From assembly GCF_009834535.1 (NCBI RefSeq), contig NC_045696.1, positions 22,570,001-22,634,000 on the forward strand: a DNA stretch of 64,000 nucleotides, read 5' to 3'. A model generated the notes under the pieces. The model was not told the origin of the DNA, ran no database searches, and saw only the letters and a list, made by a program, of their open reading frames with translations. Below are positions 12,250 to 24,414 of the stretch, in pieces. The stretch comes from Camelus ferus (lineage: Eukaryota). The first letter of the stretch is position 1; each line of letters opens with the position of its first letter. The position numbers and the translations under genes are program-made.

Positions 12250-12625
12250 GTGCAGCAGGGTTAACTCAGTAGGTGTAGGGTGTTCAAACTCTGCAAATTC
12301 CAAAGAAAGAACTGATTCTTGATCAGCTTCTGTGAAATAACCTCCAAAGCCTTGAATATACTGTCTGAGAAGAGTGTCTTCGTATACCTCGGGCTTTGGG
12401 CCACATCAAAGAGTTCATGCTGATGCTGATTTATGGTGGATGTCTGCTTTTGTTTACCTAGGGCCTTGGTCCAGGATGCATCAGTTTCATCTCTGGAGGA
12501 GTTGGAGACTGAATAGTTAAGATCAGGTCATGTGGACAATCCATGCATATGTGACTGTCCCCTCGTAGTTAATTATCCTGGATGCTAAGGCTTGGGAGAG
12601 ATTCATTGGTTGGCAATATCTTGTA
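12250..12625 (+). mobile_element. ERV LTR, MER77/MER68/MER21 group
   Basis: gtgcagcagggttaactcag...ttccaaagaaaga...gaaataacctc...gagtgtcttcgtatacctcgggctttgggccac...tggttggcaatat matches the recalled group consensus. Confidence 0.75.
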
Positions 12626-14312
12626 GGTGTTATAAATATCTTGAGAATGCAGATAGTGATTGTATCTAGCTTATGGGTTGTTATAATAATTAAATAAGAT
12701 TGTATATGTGATATGCTTAGAATAGTGATTGACACTCTTCTAATAATAAAAGCCATATTAAGTGAAACTAAGGGATGAGCACAGGAAAGCCAGAGTTTGG
12801 AACCTGAAAACATATATCAAGCATCAGAGTTGGGGTGATGGGGTTAAAGCAAACAACCAAAGAGTCGAGAGGTAAAGAGATGTGGAGCAAATAAATAAAA
12901 GAAGCACACAAATGCACATACCTACACAAAGAATGAAGTAGGTTGATGGAAACTGATTTGGTTTAAGACATAGACCTAGTTCAAGCGAAAGTTTTAGAAA
13001 TTCACCTTTTTGGGTTCTGACCCATAGAAAAGTACAGAAGTACGGAGCCTGGCAAATAAATTCCACCTGCCTCTTCCTTATATTTCATTTTGCAGAAAGT
13101 TTTTATGAAGCAGTGGCAGCACCGATGGTGGCTTTGGTGAAGGGAGTGTTGTCCTTCTCCCGAAAGCTACGTTAGATGCCTATAAACGCTATATAAAGAG
13201 GCTTCAAAGGAAGCTCCCTATTTTTCTGCCCTCCAGTCATCTTTTCCACCCCAGTCCCTCCTATGTATAAGTTCTGGAGCTGCTGCTAGTTTGGAACATA
13301 GTATGATGAGATTTGATGGTCCCTAAATTTGTTGTGGAGTTAATCATTAGTCTTATTTAATGCCAAAGCAGGAGCAGTCAACTCTACAAAGCTCAGTGTC
13401 ATTCAAAGTGTGTAAGAAATTGCTTGACGTACAAAAATTTCCTCTGGTCCATGGGTATCATTGTCTTATTGGGTAGTATGAATTTTGTAGGATAAGCCTA
13501 TTGTATTGCTTTGTTGTACAGCAGGCCTCTGGAACGTACTCAGCTTGTGTAACTGAGTCTATTGGTGACTCTCTTGCAGTTTCAAAGCTCTGGAGGAGGT
13601 AGGGGACAGGCTGCAGATGGGTGCACACTGAATGGAGAATGAAGGGATACTGTTGTTCTTGCAGGAAGTTAGCTGAGAGGCAAGGGGAGAGATGGCTCTA
13701 TGCATAAAGGTTTTGTTGCCCTTCATATTTGCTTTTTTCCCTTAATTTTTGATTATGAAGTTTTCAATCATGCAATAAGTAGAGACTAGGATAATAAACC
13801 TCACACACCCATCACCCAACTTCTTGTCTTTTTTGCAACTGCATTTCCTGTAAACTGTAGGCACATGAAGAGACTTGAGAACACATTTTTTTTTTTGATA
13901 CTGAGTTTTGAGCATAATCATATGAAGTGAAGGCCAATAAAAATCAAGGCTAAAAAATCAGGGGACATATCACAGTAGTTTAAGCAACAAACAAGTCGGG
14001 TCTGCAACACAGTAAAAACTGTAGGAATAGAAATGGGGAGAGGATACTAGAGACAGCCATCAGATCCAGAAAATGAAGAAGAAAGAAAGAAAGAGGGAAA
14101 GTATATTTGGAGGTTTTGAAACTGTGCTATTTGAAGAAATAGAAATTATGAGGTGTTGGGAAGGCAAAGTGGTCTCCTAACATATCTTATGTATCTTGCA
14201 TCATTCCGCCCCTCCAAACAAAACAAAACACAACAAAACACTCTGTGCGGCAACAGTGAGATGATCAAAATGGGATAGAATGTGTTGAAATATCGAATTT
14301 AAAAATGAATTT

Positions 14313-14540
14313 TTTATATTCCACATTAGGAGTTTGGGATTAACAGATACACAGTACTGTATACAAAATAGATAAACTCCAAGGACCTATTGTATAGGAA
14401 ATTATTCAATTTCTTATAACATATAATGGAAAAGAATTTGAAAAAGATATATGTTTATATACATATAAAACTGAATCACTTTGCTGTACACCTGAAACTA
14501 ACATTGTAAATCAACTACACTTCAATAAAAAACAAAATAA
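14313..14540 (+). mobile_element. Artiodactyl-type L1 3' end with TSD and short 5' inversion
   Basis: ggagtttgggattaacagatacac...actgaatcactttgctgtacacctgaaact...aataaa then A tail. TSD AAAAATGAATTT at 14301-14312 and 14541-14552. Confidence 0.88.
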
Positions 14541-14754
14541 AAAAATGAATTTAACCATAGTTGATAATTGTGTAAAGTTGAAATCCAAAATACACATTCT
14601 TTTTCTTTTTAAAGTGTCTATCACATCTCCCCCACCTTCTCCTCAGTCGCCCTAGTTTTGGTAGGAATTATTATTATTATTTTTGCTAAATGGCAAAACA
14701 TGTGGATGAGGCCATCTGGGACTAGACAGTCAATAACTGGCCTTGCAAATGCCA

Positions 14755-14880
14755 CAGATATATGGTCAGGCTCAGGCCAGCTTAGCCAGACCTGGCCCAG
14801 ACCAGCAACTGCCCATCAGAATTGTGAGCTAGTTAACTGTTTGTCGTTTAAGCTACTGTGTTGGGATAGGTAACTAAAGC
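14755..14880 (+). mobile_element. MLT1 LTR 3' fragment
   Basis: actgccc...cagaattgtgagc...tgtttgtcgtttaagctactgtgttgggat...aactaa is the MLT1 3' end. Confidence 0.55.
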
Positions 14881-16273
14881 AGTCATCTTATTCCTTCTCG
14901 TGTTGTAAGACTTGCTTAATTTTATCTACTAGATTGCCCCAAGGTCAGAGATTGTCTTTTCTTAGCCATATTTATAGAGTGACTATTCCAGTCCTTTTCA
15001 ATAAATATTTGTTGAATTTAATCCTAATGTTATCAGAAAATGTTGGCACTTTGCCCAGTCTTTGTCTAAATGTGATTGATGGTTGACAGACACTGACTAG
15101 TGCTTTTTGTTACCTATTTTTTTTCAAAAAGATTCCCATTTGTCAGTATTTGAGCTAATACATTTTTCCACCTCAAAGTCATATTTTAACTCCTAGTTCA
15201 ATTTTGTACAGATTTACCTTTCGGCTCTCATGTAAAGTAAAAGTTTTGTAAAAGGCATAGCATTATATTTAATAGCTAGTGCTAGGTGGAGGCAACCAGA
15301 GCATTACTGAAATCAAATTAATTGGCCAGAAGGGACTGAGCCTGGAAGCATTTTGGATTAAAACTGTTCTCTTCACTGCTGTCTGGGACAATATATTTAA
15401 AATAAAACTGCTTTACATAAAAGTTCTGTTGCAATTCAATCCTACAGAGACATTTCTCTTCTCACAAAACATCTAGAGTGTTTTTCCAATAAAAAACAGT
15501 GAGTTGGGATTGTTTTTATCTTCCTTCACATTAAATTCACATATTCCCCATGATAAAATTAAAAATAGCTCGCTTGTTTTATGCATTGTATTGGAGTGTC
15601 TTTATATAAATACATTAGGAGGGTTTATGGGTATATATGTGCATATATTTAATATATGAGTCTATAGCTGTTAGGGCATTTGTGGGATGAGAGAGAGCCT
15701 TAAAAAGCAAAGAAAGAAAGTCTTAGAGGGATACATACTTGTTAGAATTTACTTGAGTTCTACTGAAGTATCATTATTTCAGAAAATGTACTTAGAGAAG
15801 GTAAACCTTCATTTTGAAATAATTGAAAACCTGAAATTAAAAGAGAATGTTTCAAAGATCATATACATTAGACTGTTTAAGCTTTATCAATATGTGCATA
15901 TGATTTTGACATATTTTATCAGTAAGATTTCTAGGGAAGTCTGAAAATATAGAATATGAGAGACATATTCCTTAAATTACTGAACTGTAGCTCTTTAAAA
16001 AGTGCTAACACAGAGGGTCATTGCTTTTTTTAAAAACGAGGCATTAAAGAGTTTCTTTAGGTCGTACTAGATATACTTGGAGGCATGTCCGAATTCTCAA
16101 CTTCCATTTTCCCCTAGATCTTTTGAAGGTGGCTGATGCAGAAATTTACTTTTACTGTCCTTTATCTTCAAAACCAGGTTTGATATGTGATCCTGCTGGA
16201 AAGAGGTAATGAGAAAGGAGAAAATATGACTCAGAAAAGGGAAGTTGAAGCAAAGCTTTTTTAAAAAAAAAAC

Positions 16274-16277
16274 TTTT

Positions 16278-16326
<49 letters not shown>

Positions 16327-16538
16327 TTTTCTTCTCTTTTTCTTTCTTTCTTTCTTTCTTCTATTTCTTTCTTCTTTCTTTCTTTCTTTTCTTTCTTTCT
16401 CCTTCCGTCCCTCCCTTCTCCCTTCCTTCAGTCTCCCGTCTTTCTTTCTTTTCTTTCTTTTCTTCTTTTCTTTCTTCCTTTCTTTCTTCCTTTCCTTTCC
16501 TTTTCTTTTCTTTCTTCCTTTCTTTCTTCCTTTCTTCT
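16274..16538. repeat. (TTTC)n compound microsatellite / polypyrimidine tract
   Basis: About 265 bp almost entirely T/C, starting with perfect TTTC units. Confidence 0.95.
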
Positions 16539-16914
16539 TGCCAAAGTAGTCAGAGCCTCCTCCTTCACCTCAGTCAATGGAAGTAGTCTCTTGAAACCTA
16601 CAAAGATGTCAAAGGGAAACATTAGGGAAAATTACTAGGGTTGACATTTCATTTTGACAGTTGTAGGCATTTGTCAGGGTGAAAATGACTGTTAAAAAAA
16701 GACTTGGATAGGAGTCATGGAAATGTAGTTAAAATAAGTGTGATATATGTATTTTCTCTTAAAAATCACTTTGCTTTTAATGCTAGAAAGAAAGATTGGT
16801 TTGAGGAAGGTTGTAATCAGAATTCAAAGCAGTTGAAGTTCACAAACACAGATCTTATTAACAGGAGATTTGTGGAAATTGGATCAGGATTTGAGTTAAC
16901 ATTTTAGAATTTTC

Positions 16915-17930
16915 TATTTCTTTTTGAAAAAATTGAAACTGCTAAAAATTGAAAAGTGTAATATTACAAATGCCCATGTAAACTTTACCTTGATTCACCA
17001 ATTGTTAACATTTTATCATATTTTTCTCTCCATGTCCCTTTTAAGAATAACTTTCAAAATTGCAACGGTGATATCAAGATCCTTGACCCGTAGTATTTCA
17101 GCAGGTCACTGACATAATCACACTGAAGAAATTTCCTGTTGATACAGTAATAATATCTAATGCACATGTATTTACCCAGTTGAGCCCCAAATGTCCTTTT
17201 TAATTTTCAATTCAGGACCTGATTAATGTTTTTATAGTACATTTGTCATATTTCTTTGAACTCCTTTAGTTTAGGACAGTCATCTTACACTTGCTGTTTT
17301 TCATGATTATGATATTTTTGAAGAATCCAGCCTAGTGGTCTCATAAACTATCTCACAGTCTGGATTTATCCAATTGCTTCTTTATGACTAGATTCAAGAT
17401 AAACATTTTGTCAAGAATAATATATAAATAATGTTTTGTACTTCCCATTGCATCAAATCGAAAGGCTAATGATATATGGGTTTTTTTTTTCCGTCTTATT
17501 GGTGATACTAAATTTATCACTTGGTTATGGTGGTATCTACAAGATCTCCTGATTATAAAGGTGCTTTTTCTGCTTGATAATTAATGTATATTCCATATGC
17601 TGATAGTTTGAAATTATATGAAAACCTGATCCTCAGTAAGTTCTCAGCCAGTAGTTCTAGCACTTATTAATAACTAAACCATGACAGTGATCTAATTGTT
17701 ATAATTCTGTCATTATACAGTAATTAACTGGCATTATTCTACAAACAAGGACTTCTACCTACTCACCATTTTAGGATAGTTATGGACACCTGGATTCTTT
17801 TTTTGTCCAATACTTTAAAACCTATTATAATTTTTTTTTACATTAGTCCAAAATTATCCAATGAAATATCCTTCAAACTGGGTCCCATGCCCTTTCGACA
17901 TGTCTCTTATCAATACTTAATCCTTTAGTA
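16915..17930 (-). mobile_element. Old L1 (L1MC/ME-type) 3' region
   Basis: attcaccaattgttaacatttt...tagattcaagataaacattttgtcaagaat...tttatcacttggttatggtggtatct are antisense L1MC 3'UTR motifs. Confidence 0.7.
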
Positions 17931-17974
17931 ATAGCCTACATCATCCAGATCCCCACTCTGGGAATAAGGGATTT

Positions 17975-18392
17975 ATTAGCCAAAGATTGAGGGCTGACAC
18001 TTTCAGCTGTCTGCCCTCTGTGGGAATCGTCCTTAGCTGAAGATAGGGCCCTTTATCAAGATTATGCTCCCTTTCTGGGGTGAGGGTGTGTGGGGGGAAG
18101 TAGAGAGAGCTGGGAATCTGCTTCTAATACCTAGTCAATGAAAGCATATAAAAGCCTTACTTCCTCTCTTCAATTTAATTCAACTCAGAAGAGTCCTGCC
18201 AACTTCTGATCCCCCTGTGAATTTGGCTAAGGGCTCGTGGTACCTACACCACAGACCAAAGTTTTCCTCCACCCAAATTTGCTATTGTTCCCTTCTCCCA
18301 CTATTACTGATCCAAGAGTATGCCTTAATGGAGCTCCAATTTGCTAATTTTCACCCCAGAGTATACTTCATGTGGATCCAAAGCTGTGACTA
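17975..18392 (+). mobile_element. LTR16-type ERVL LTR
   Basis: cttagctgaagat...caactcagaagagtcctgcc...ccctgtgaatttggctaagg...caccccagagtatacttc...ccaaagctgtgac resembles LTR16. Confidence 0.65.
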
Positions 18393-18980
18393 TCTGACAA
18401 TGGTCTGAGGAAACAGGTACTGAAATGGGAGCTGGATTACCCGCTGCTCAGTGAGTAATGAGGCAGAATACGGAGAGCCCTGGGCACAAGGTAGCGGTGA
18501 TAAAGCTCTCATCGAGGGCAAAATGGGAGGCTGTGCTGGTGAAGGAAAATACAGTGGTGGGTGCAGTGTGTTAGGCATTTGAGCTCATGTGGGAAATAGT
18601 GATTACAAGGGCAGTATTACTGCATGGTGCTTTCTGGGGGCAACTGATGCTTTGGGGAAGAGAAAATGAAAGACTGAAGAAGGTTAACCACCAATAAAGG
18701 GCTAAATGTGAAAACCAAAGGGCCGTATTGGAAACACACTAAGAGATTTTCATCCCATGCAGCCTGAAGGTAGAAAAGGCTGGAGAATTAGGCGTAGGAC
18801 TTAAGGCTGGCATAGCTCTAGAGAAAGTCAAGTTCCTTGACTAGTCAGATTTGCCGTGACGAGACTAGGGCCCTGATTAACAAGGAATGAGACACAAGGC
18901 TATCAAATGAGGGCATGTGTTTGATGCACTTAAAATCTTAAATCCTCATTCCCCAGGACACACTGAGCCTACAGAAACAG
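18393..18980 (+). mobile_element. ERVL (ERV3-16A3-like) internal 5' region with decayed gag
   Basis: Directly follows the LTR. The stretch gaaaatgaaagactgaagaaggttaaccaccaataaagggctaaatgtgaaaaccaaagggcc translates ENERLKKVNHQ*RAKCENQRA, which is ERVL gag coiled-coil-like. Confidence 0.7.
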
Positions 18981-18988
18981 CTCACCAT

Positions 18989-19362
18989 TTTTTTTTTGAA
19001 GTATAGTCGGTTTACAATGTTGTATCAGTTTCTGGTGTCCAGCATAATGTTTCAGTCATACATATACATACATATATTTCTTTTCATATTGTTTTTCACT
19101 ATAGGTTGCTACAAGATATTGAATATAGTTCCCCATGCAATATAGTATAAACTTGTTATCTATTCTATATATAGCAGTTCGCATCTTCAAATCTCAAGCT
19201 CCCAATTTATCCCTTTCCACTCTTTTCCCCCTCGGTAACCCTAAATTTGTTTTCTATGTCTGAGTCTATTTCTGTTTTATAAACAAGTTCATTTGTGTCT
19301 TTTTTTTTTTTTAAGATTCCACATATAAGTGCTATCAAAAGGTATTTTTCTTTCTTTTTCTA
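18989..19362 (-). mobile_element. Artiodactyl-type L1 3' end
   Basis: Poly-T then tgaagtatagtcggtttacaatgttgtatcagtttctggtgt...gattccacatataagtg. Confidence 0.88.
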
Positions 19363-20143
19363 ACTGCCCACCACTCTTAAAGAAAAAGATATTTCCTCCA
19401 AAAACAGGGTGTGGCTTATCAAGATTAAATTGAAAACTAACTTTAAAATGTAAAAATTGGCCTTGATGTAAATTTAATAGCTATGAAGGAAAATAGGGCT
19501 TGGTGGGAGGGGACAAGTAATATTATTGGTTCAACATTTAGGGCAATGTAAAACAAAGTTTAAGTAGGATTTCTCTAATCCTACTGAGATAATAACTTGC
19601 TTAGGATAAGAAAGTGAAGACGTTGCAAAGTGTAAAATAATTTATTGATATTTGGTTTTTCAAAGTGTGGAGAAGGCTTGATTTGACAATTAATTTTAGA
19701 CAAATATCTACTTATTATGAAAGCAGACAAGTACTCCATCCTATAGAAGAATCATAATTAAGATCAAAATATTTTACTTGGGGAAAGATTCACACACTGC
19801 TTACAAGTAGTTTTTTTTGGAAACAATAATATATATTGATCATTTTGTAATGTTCAGTTTACACTGGAAGGCATTTGAGCTTCACAGAAAAAAAAAGAAA
19901 AAATCAAGTGAGAAGTTATATGTCTGTCTCATTGTTTGGCCAGATTAAACCAGGCACAATACTCTAAGGCTGTTGGCTCCAGACCAGAATTTTTCAAGAT
20001 TAAGGTTGACGGCTGTTTTATATCCAGCCAAAATTTATTATCTCTAGAAGCAATATGAATGTCTTCTTTAATTATGGAAATTCAATATGATCCTGAATAT
20101 GAAACTTCATAGAAGGAACTAAATTTGCTTTTTAATCGTTAAC

Positions 20144-22416
20144 CTGATGTGGCAAACTGATTAAGAAGAAAAGGGCTTCTCTGTTGACTAAAAAGATGCA
20201 AAGCATAGAGAGCTGGCGCCTTGTGCAAAAACACAGAAACATCAGAAGCAGAGATTTTGAGTTATGGGCAAGAGCACTGGTATCTACAGTTCTGTCTAAG
20301 TGGGGTCCCCACATTTAGAATTTCCACTAAATAGTAGCCCCATGAGGGGACAGGACACTCCCTCAACACACATACACGTGCTCATGCACACCACCCTCAC
20401 TCCCGTCCAAGCCAGTGTAGGTGGGATCTGAAACAGACTCGCAACCCCAACCCTAGTCTGGTCAGCATCCTCTCCCATGGACTTGTTCACACAATGAGCT
20501 GGGGTGATCATTTGTTCTTAGGAATTTGAATCAAGAGGCAGAAAGAAAATTTGACTGTTGTTTTCCCATATTTCCTTGAAATTAGAGCAGATTTTCTATT
20601 TGTGGAATACAGAATAATTCTTCAGAGGGGAAATGGTGGAATCCAAGGTGTAGGGCTTGGAATGAATACAAAACTTGTGAGCAAAGGGAAAGAGGGAAAA
20701 AAGAAGGGACACAAAAAGACTGCCTTGACTTCAGCAGATAATTTCATGTGACACTGAATTAAAAAAATCAGGGCTTGTAGAGTAATTGGGATCATGGGAT
20801 TGCCCGATGAGGAGTATGAATTCTGCCCAGTGATTAATAACCCAAGATCTCTCTAAACCATAAAGCAGGAGGAGTGGCATCATCAGAGCAGGAGGCGTGA
20901 AATCTAATGCAGTGGTGACATGGAAGGGAGCTAGGGGCAGAGATACCTGCAGGGAGACCGTGGAGGCGTTGGTGGTGGTGGGGATGAGCGTCTGGCTGGG
21001 AAAATTGCTCTAGAAAAAGAAGCTTAATTTCACACTCTTCCTGTTACCTTCTTCATTTTTTCACTCCTTGTTGACTTTATCACCCTCTTCCATGTTCCCT
21101 TTCCATTGCCTTTCCTATTGGACTTCTTGCCACTGTTACTCTGTGGTCATGTATTAAGCAATATCCACTCCTGCTAAAATTTCTTGAATAATAACCCCCC
21201 TTCTGCATGCTGTCATCCTAATAACCTCGCTATTTAGGTTTCCTGAAATAACTGTCGGGAAGTAAATACCTTTCGCATATGGATACATATTACTCTAAAA
21301 TGTTGGAGGTTGCTGCCTTTTCTTCAGCCACAGAAATTTCATCAATTTTCAAAAGTCATTAGGCTGTAAGAAGTCAATTCAGTTTTCCAAGATTGCTTTG
21401 GCTCCGCTTGTATTTTCTTATCCATAAACATGCTTATCAACTTTGCTGCTTCATGTGTCATTCGATTGGAGAATGCTGAAAATATAAGCATCTGCTTTTA
21501 ATAAGTATAAACTAATGCTAATCCCAGAGAAGCCCAACCATAAAGATAACAAAATTAATAATAAAAGGAAAAGTATAAAGATACGTCTAACTCTTAGAAA
21601 GCTCACCCTTTGATACGTATGTAAGTGAGTCAGCGTCATGGAGGGATTCTTTTTAATGATTCCTCTCCAGATTCACTTGAGTGTTGTTAAATGATTTTTT
21701 TTTTCTGACTACTTGGCTAAGAGGCAAAGACCAAAATGATGGAGGCCAATTGAAGAATAAGAAGTGATAAAAACAAAATCACTGATATTTTAATAAAAGT
21801 AGATGAACTACAGAAACGATTTACCAAAATTCTATCTGTTCACAACTTTTTAGCATTTCTTTTGGATGAGCTCAGGATCCAACTTTACACTCATTCCATT
21901 TATCCACGGTGTAGATCTGCTTCACTTTCCTGGTGACCATGCTTGTGGGTGAGGCTGATTTTTAGGGTGGGGTCCTGAGAGGAGGGATTTTTGGGGGGAA
22001 TTAAGGGAAAGTGATTTTACCATTCTCAGTTCATCTGTATCCCAGTTAGTAGGTAAGAGCTTGCCTTTCTCAATGATCTCACCAGTAAACTATAATTAAG
22101 GGACAGGAGTGTTAGTCGGTACCTCCCGAGTCTGAGAGCTGCAGCTACTGTCATTCTGACACCCACCCCGTGTCACGTCCCCCGTAGAACTCTGGAGACT
22201 TTCAATTCTGTTCTCAAGTGGTTCTCCCTGGGAGACTGTGGGTGGGCCTTTGATTTCAGGAGTGGTGGTAAAGGCACGACGTTTGGCAGAGGTATTACCA
22301 GACTTGTACCCACAAAAACTTGAAATTATATCAACAAATTGTGAGGTCACACAGGTTGACTTTATGTCCTTTACGCCCTTTTCTTCTTCGTGCCCTATAA
22401 TTTTGTTTAAGCACTT
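20144..22416 (-). pseudogene. Candidate decayed multi-exon gene segment (family unidentified)
   Basis: Exon-like segments ~22416-21825, 21716-21607, 21475-21270 and 20187-20144, separated by GT-AG introns of 108, 131 and ~1080 nt. Translation is protein-like with stops and frameshifts (see findings). Confidence 0.4.
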
Positions 22417-24004
22417 TTACATGTTCAGCTGATACTGAACATGCTGTTCTGGTCTGTGTGTTTCCCCATCTTGTACACCAATCCTTATCCTTCATCTCTG
22501 TCAAAACTTACCTCAAAATTAATTTCTTATGAGGAATTATTCATGATTAGCCTGGCTTGATATTCTTGATAACTTTACTGCTGTGGTATTCAGAAATGAA
22601 TTTGGAGCTATATTAAGCCATATTAAATTCATTTACATGTTATCTCCACATGTGTACTTCATTTGTTGTTTTGGGGTAGGTTCCTGTGTATATAAATAGT
22701 TTCAGCAAAAGTCCCTGAAGTCAAGGACTGTGCCATAGATTTATTATAGCTTCCCGGCTCTCTGTAATGTCCTTTTCTCAATAAAGAAACATTGCTGGCT
22801 GAGAGCCTGGAACTGGAACGCAGCAGCCTCTTCGTAGAAATGTCTTTTATTAGGATAAAGGTGCTTTAGAGAACCCAGGGGCTTGCTAGGGATTCCCCTA
22901 GATGTCTCTGTCAGTCCTACTCTTGTTTGTCCTGAATCCACCACATGAGTTAGATGCTCATCTGACTGTGTCAGCTGCCAGCCGTCAAGGATGTCCTGGA
23001 AATTCCAAGCCCTGGTTGTTCTGCTTTTCCTTCCTTTGCTTCAGAGCTTACACACTGCCAATGATTTCCATCATATGACAATTTGTGAATGTTAGCATTA
23101 CTCAAATTAAAGTGCCTGTCTGCTTTCTTGTGCTGAATCCTCACTGATCCCCTGCTGAGTCCAACAACTGGTCTGTGACAAGTCCCCCCAGTTGTGCAGC
23201 TGTGTAATGGCTCTCACTTACTTACTGCAGCAGTCAGACATGACAGGTCACAGCAAATCAGAGACTCAAACGTTGAAACAAACGTTGAAAATTCCATGAA
23301 AATCCAAAAGGCCAAAACCTTCCTGACTTTTGTTCTTTGAACTGCATCGTTGAAGGGACAGCAGGATTTACCTGGGTCACCACCAAAATGCCAATGAGGA
23401 GAAACTTAAAAATCCTCAGGAGAGCTTTTCTGAAACTGGCTAAGTGGGGATCCTAGGGGAGATTGAGAATGAATCAAGTACTTCTTGATCATCTTTTATT
23501 ATGCACCAGGCACTGTCCTGAGCACTTCCAGAGAATTGTCTAATTTTATGAAATCAAATCTCCCTGTGTCTGAAACTTGTATTTTCCATTTCCTATCAGG
23601 GCCTCATCTTTTCCTAAGGAATTCCAGAGCAGTTGTAGATAAGAAATATATTAGGATCTTCAAAAGATTTTACTTCACCACCTGTGGGCCCTCAGATATG
23701 GTTGAAAATGACAGTACTGCAACTTAAAACAGCCTGCAAGATAAACTGACAAGTGTTTAAGAGGAAAGATACCAGATGTTATTACTCACATCATGATGTA
23801 TTTTTTGAGAGAGCCTCACATCGTAATGATGTATTTTTCACATATGATTTATTAATTTTTTATCTCTGTTAAACAAGTAAACAACAAATTTGTAAAGAAT
23901 GGGAAGCAAAAAATAATAAATTAAAAAGCATTTCAACACAGAGACAGCCATGTGCAACAACGTACAGGCAGCTCTTGCTACATAACATCCACTCTTCTTA
24001 AATA

Positions 24005-24337
24005 TGTGTGAGAAAAGGGAACCCTTATACACTGTTGGTGGGAATGTAAATTTGTGCTGCCACTGTGGAAAACAATATGGAGATTTCTCAAAAACCTAAA
24101 AATGGAGCCGCCATATGGCCCGGCAATTCCACTCCTGGGCATATATCTGAGAAAAACAAAAACATTAATTCAAAAAGATACATACACCCCACTATTAATA
24201 GCAACATTATTTATAATTGCCAAGATATGGAAGCATCCTAAGTGCACATCAATAGATGATTGGATAAAGAAGATATACGTGTATATATAATGGAATACAA
24301 CTCACCCATAAAAAAGGGTATTTTGCCATTTGTAGCC
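24005..24337 (+). mobile_element. L1 ORF2 C-terminal fragment
   Basis: Translates [29 protein letters not shown]...DWIKKI. Confidence 0.9.
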
Positions 24338-24414
24338 CTTCATTCACTGTTTTTTTTTTTTTGTTTTTTTTTTTCCTCACTTCAAAAACCAGAATTTTAT
24401 AACTGGCATAAACA

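Noticed and set aside
13094..13175. Plus-strand acceptor followed by SFYEAVAAPMVALVKGVLSFSRKLR*
   Set aside because: Isolated, with no partner exon or homology; such signals occur by chance.
16118..16205. Plus-strand exon-like segment after ttttcccctag
   Set aside because: No linked exons or recognisable peptide. It shows the background rate of pseudo-exons, which also tempers the minus-strand calls.
16245..16622. F/S/L-rich and K/R/E-rich ORFs
   Set aside because: These are translations of the TTTC microsatellite.
21975..22020. Apparent GT...AG mini-intron on the minus strand
   Set aside because: Only ~46 nt, too short for a typical mammalian intron, and the frame reads through it.
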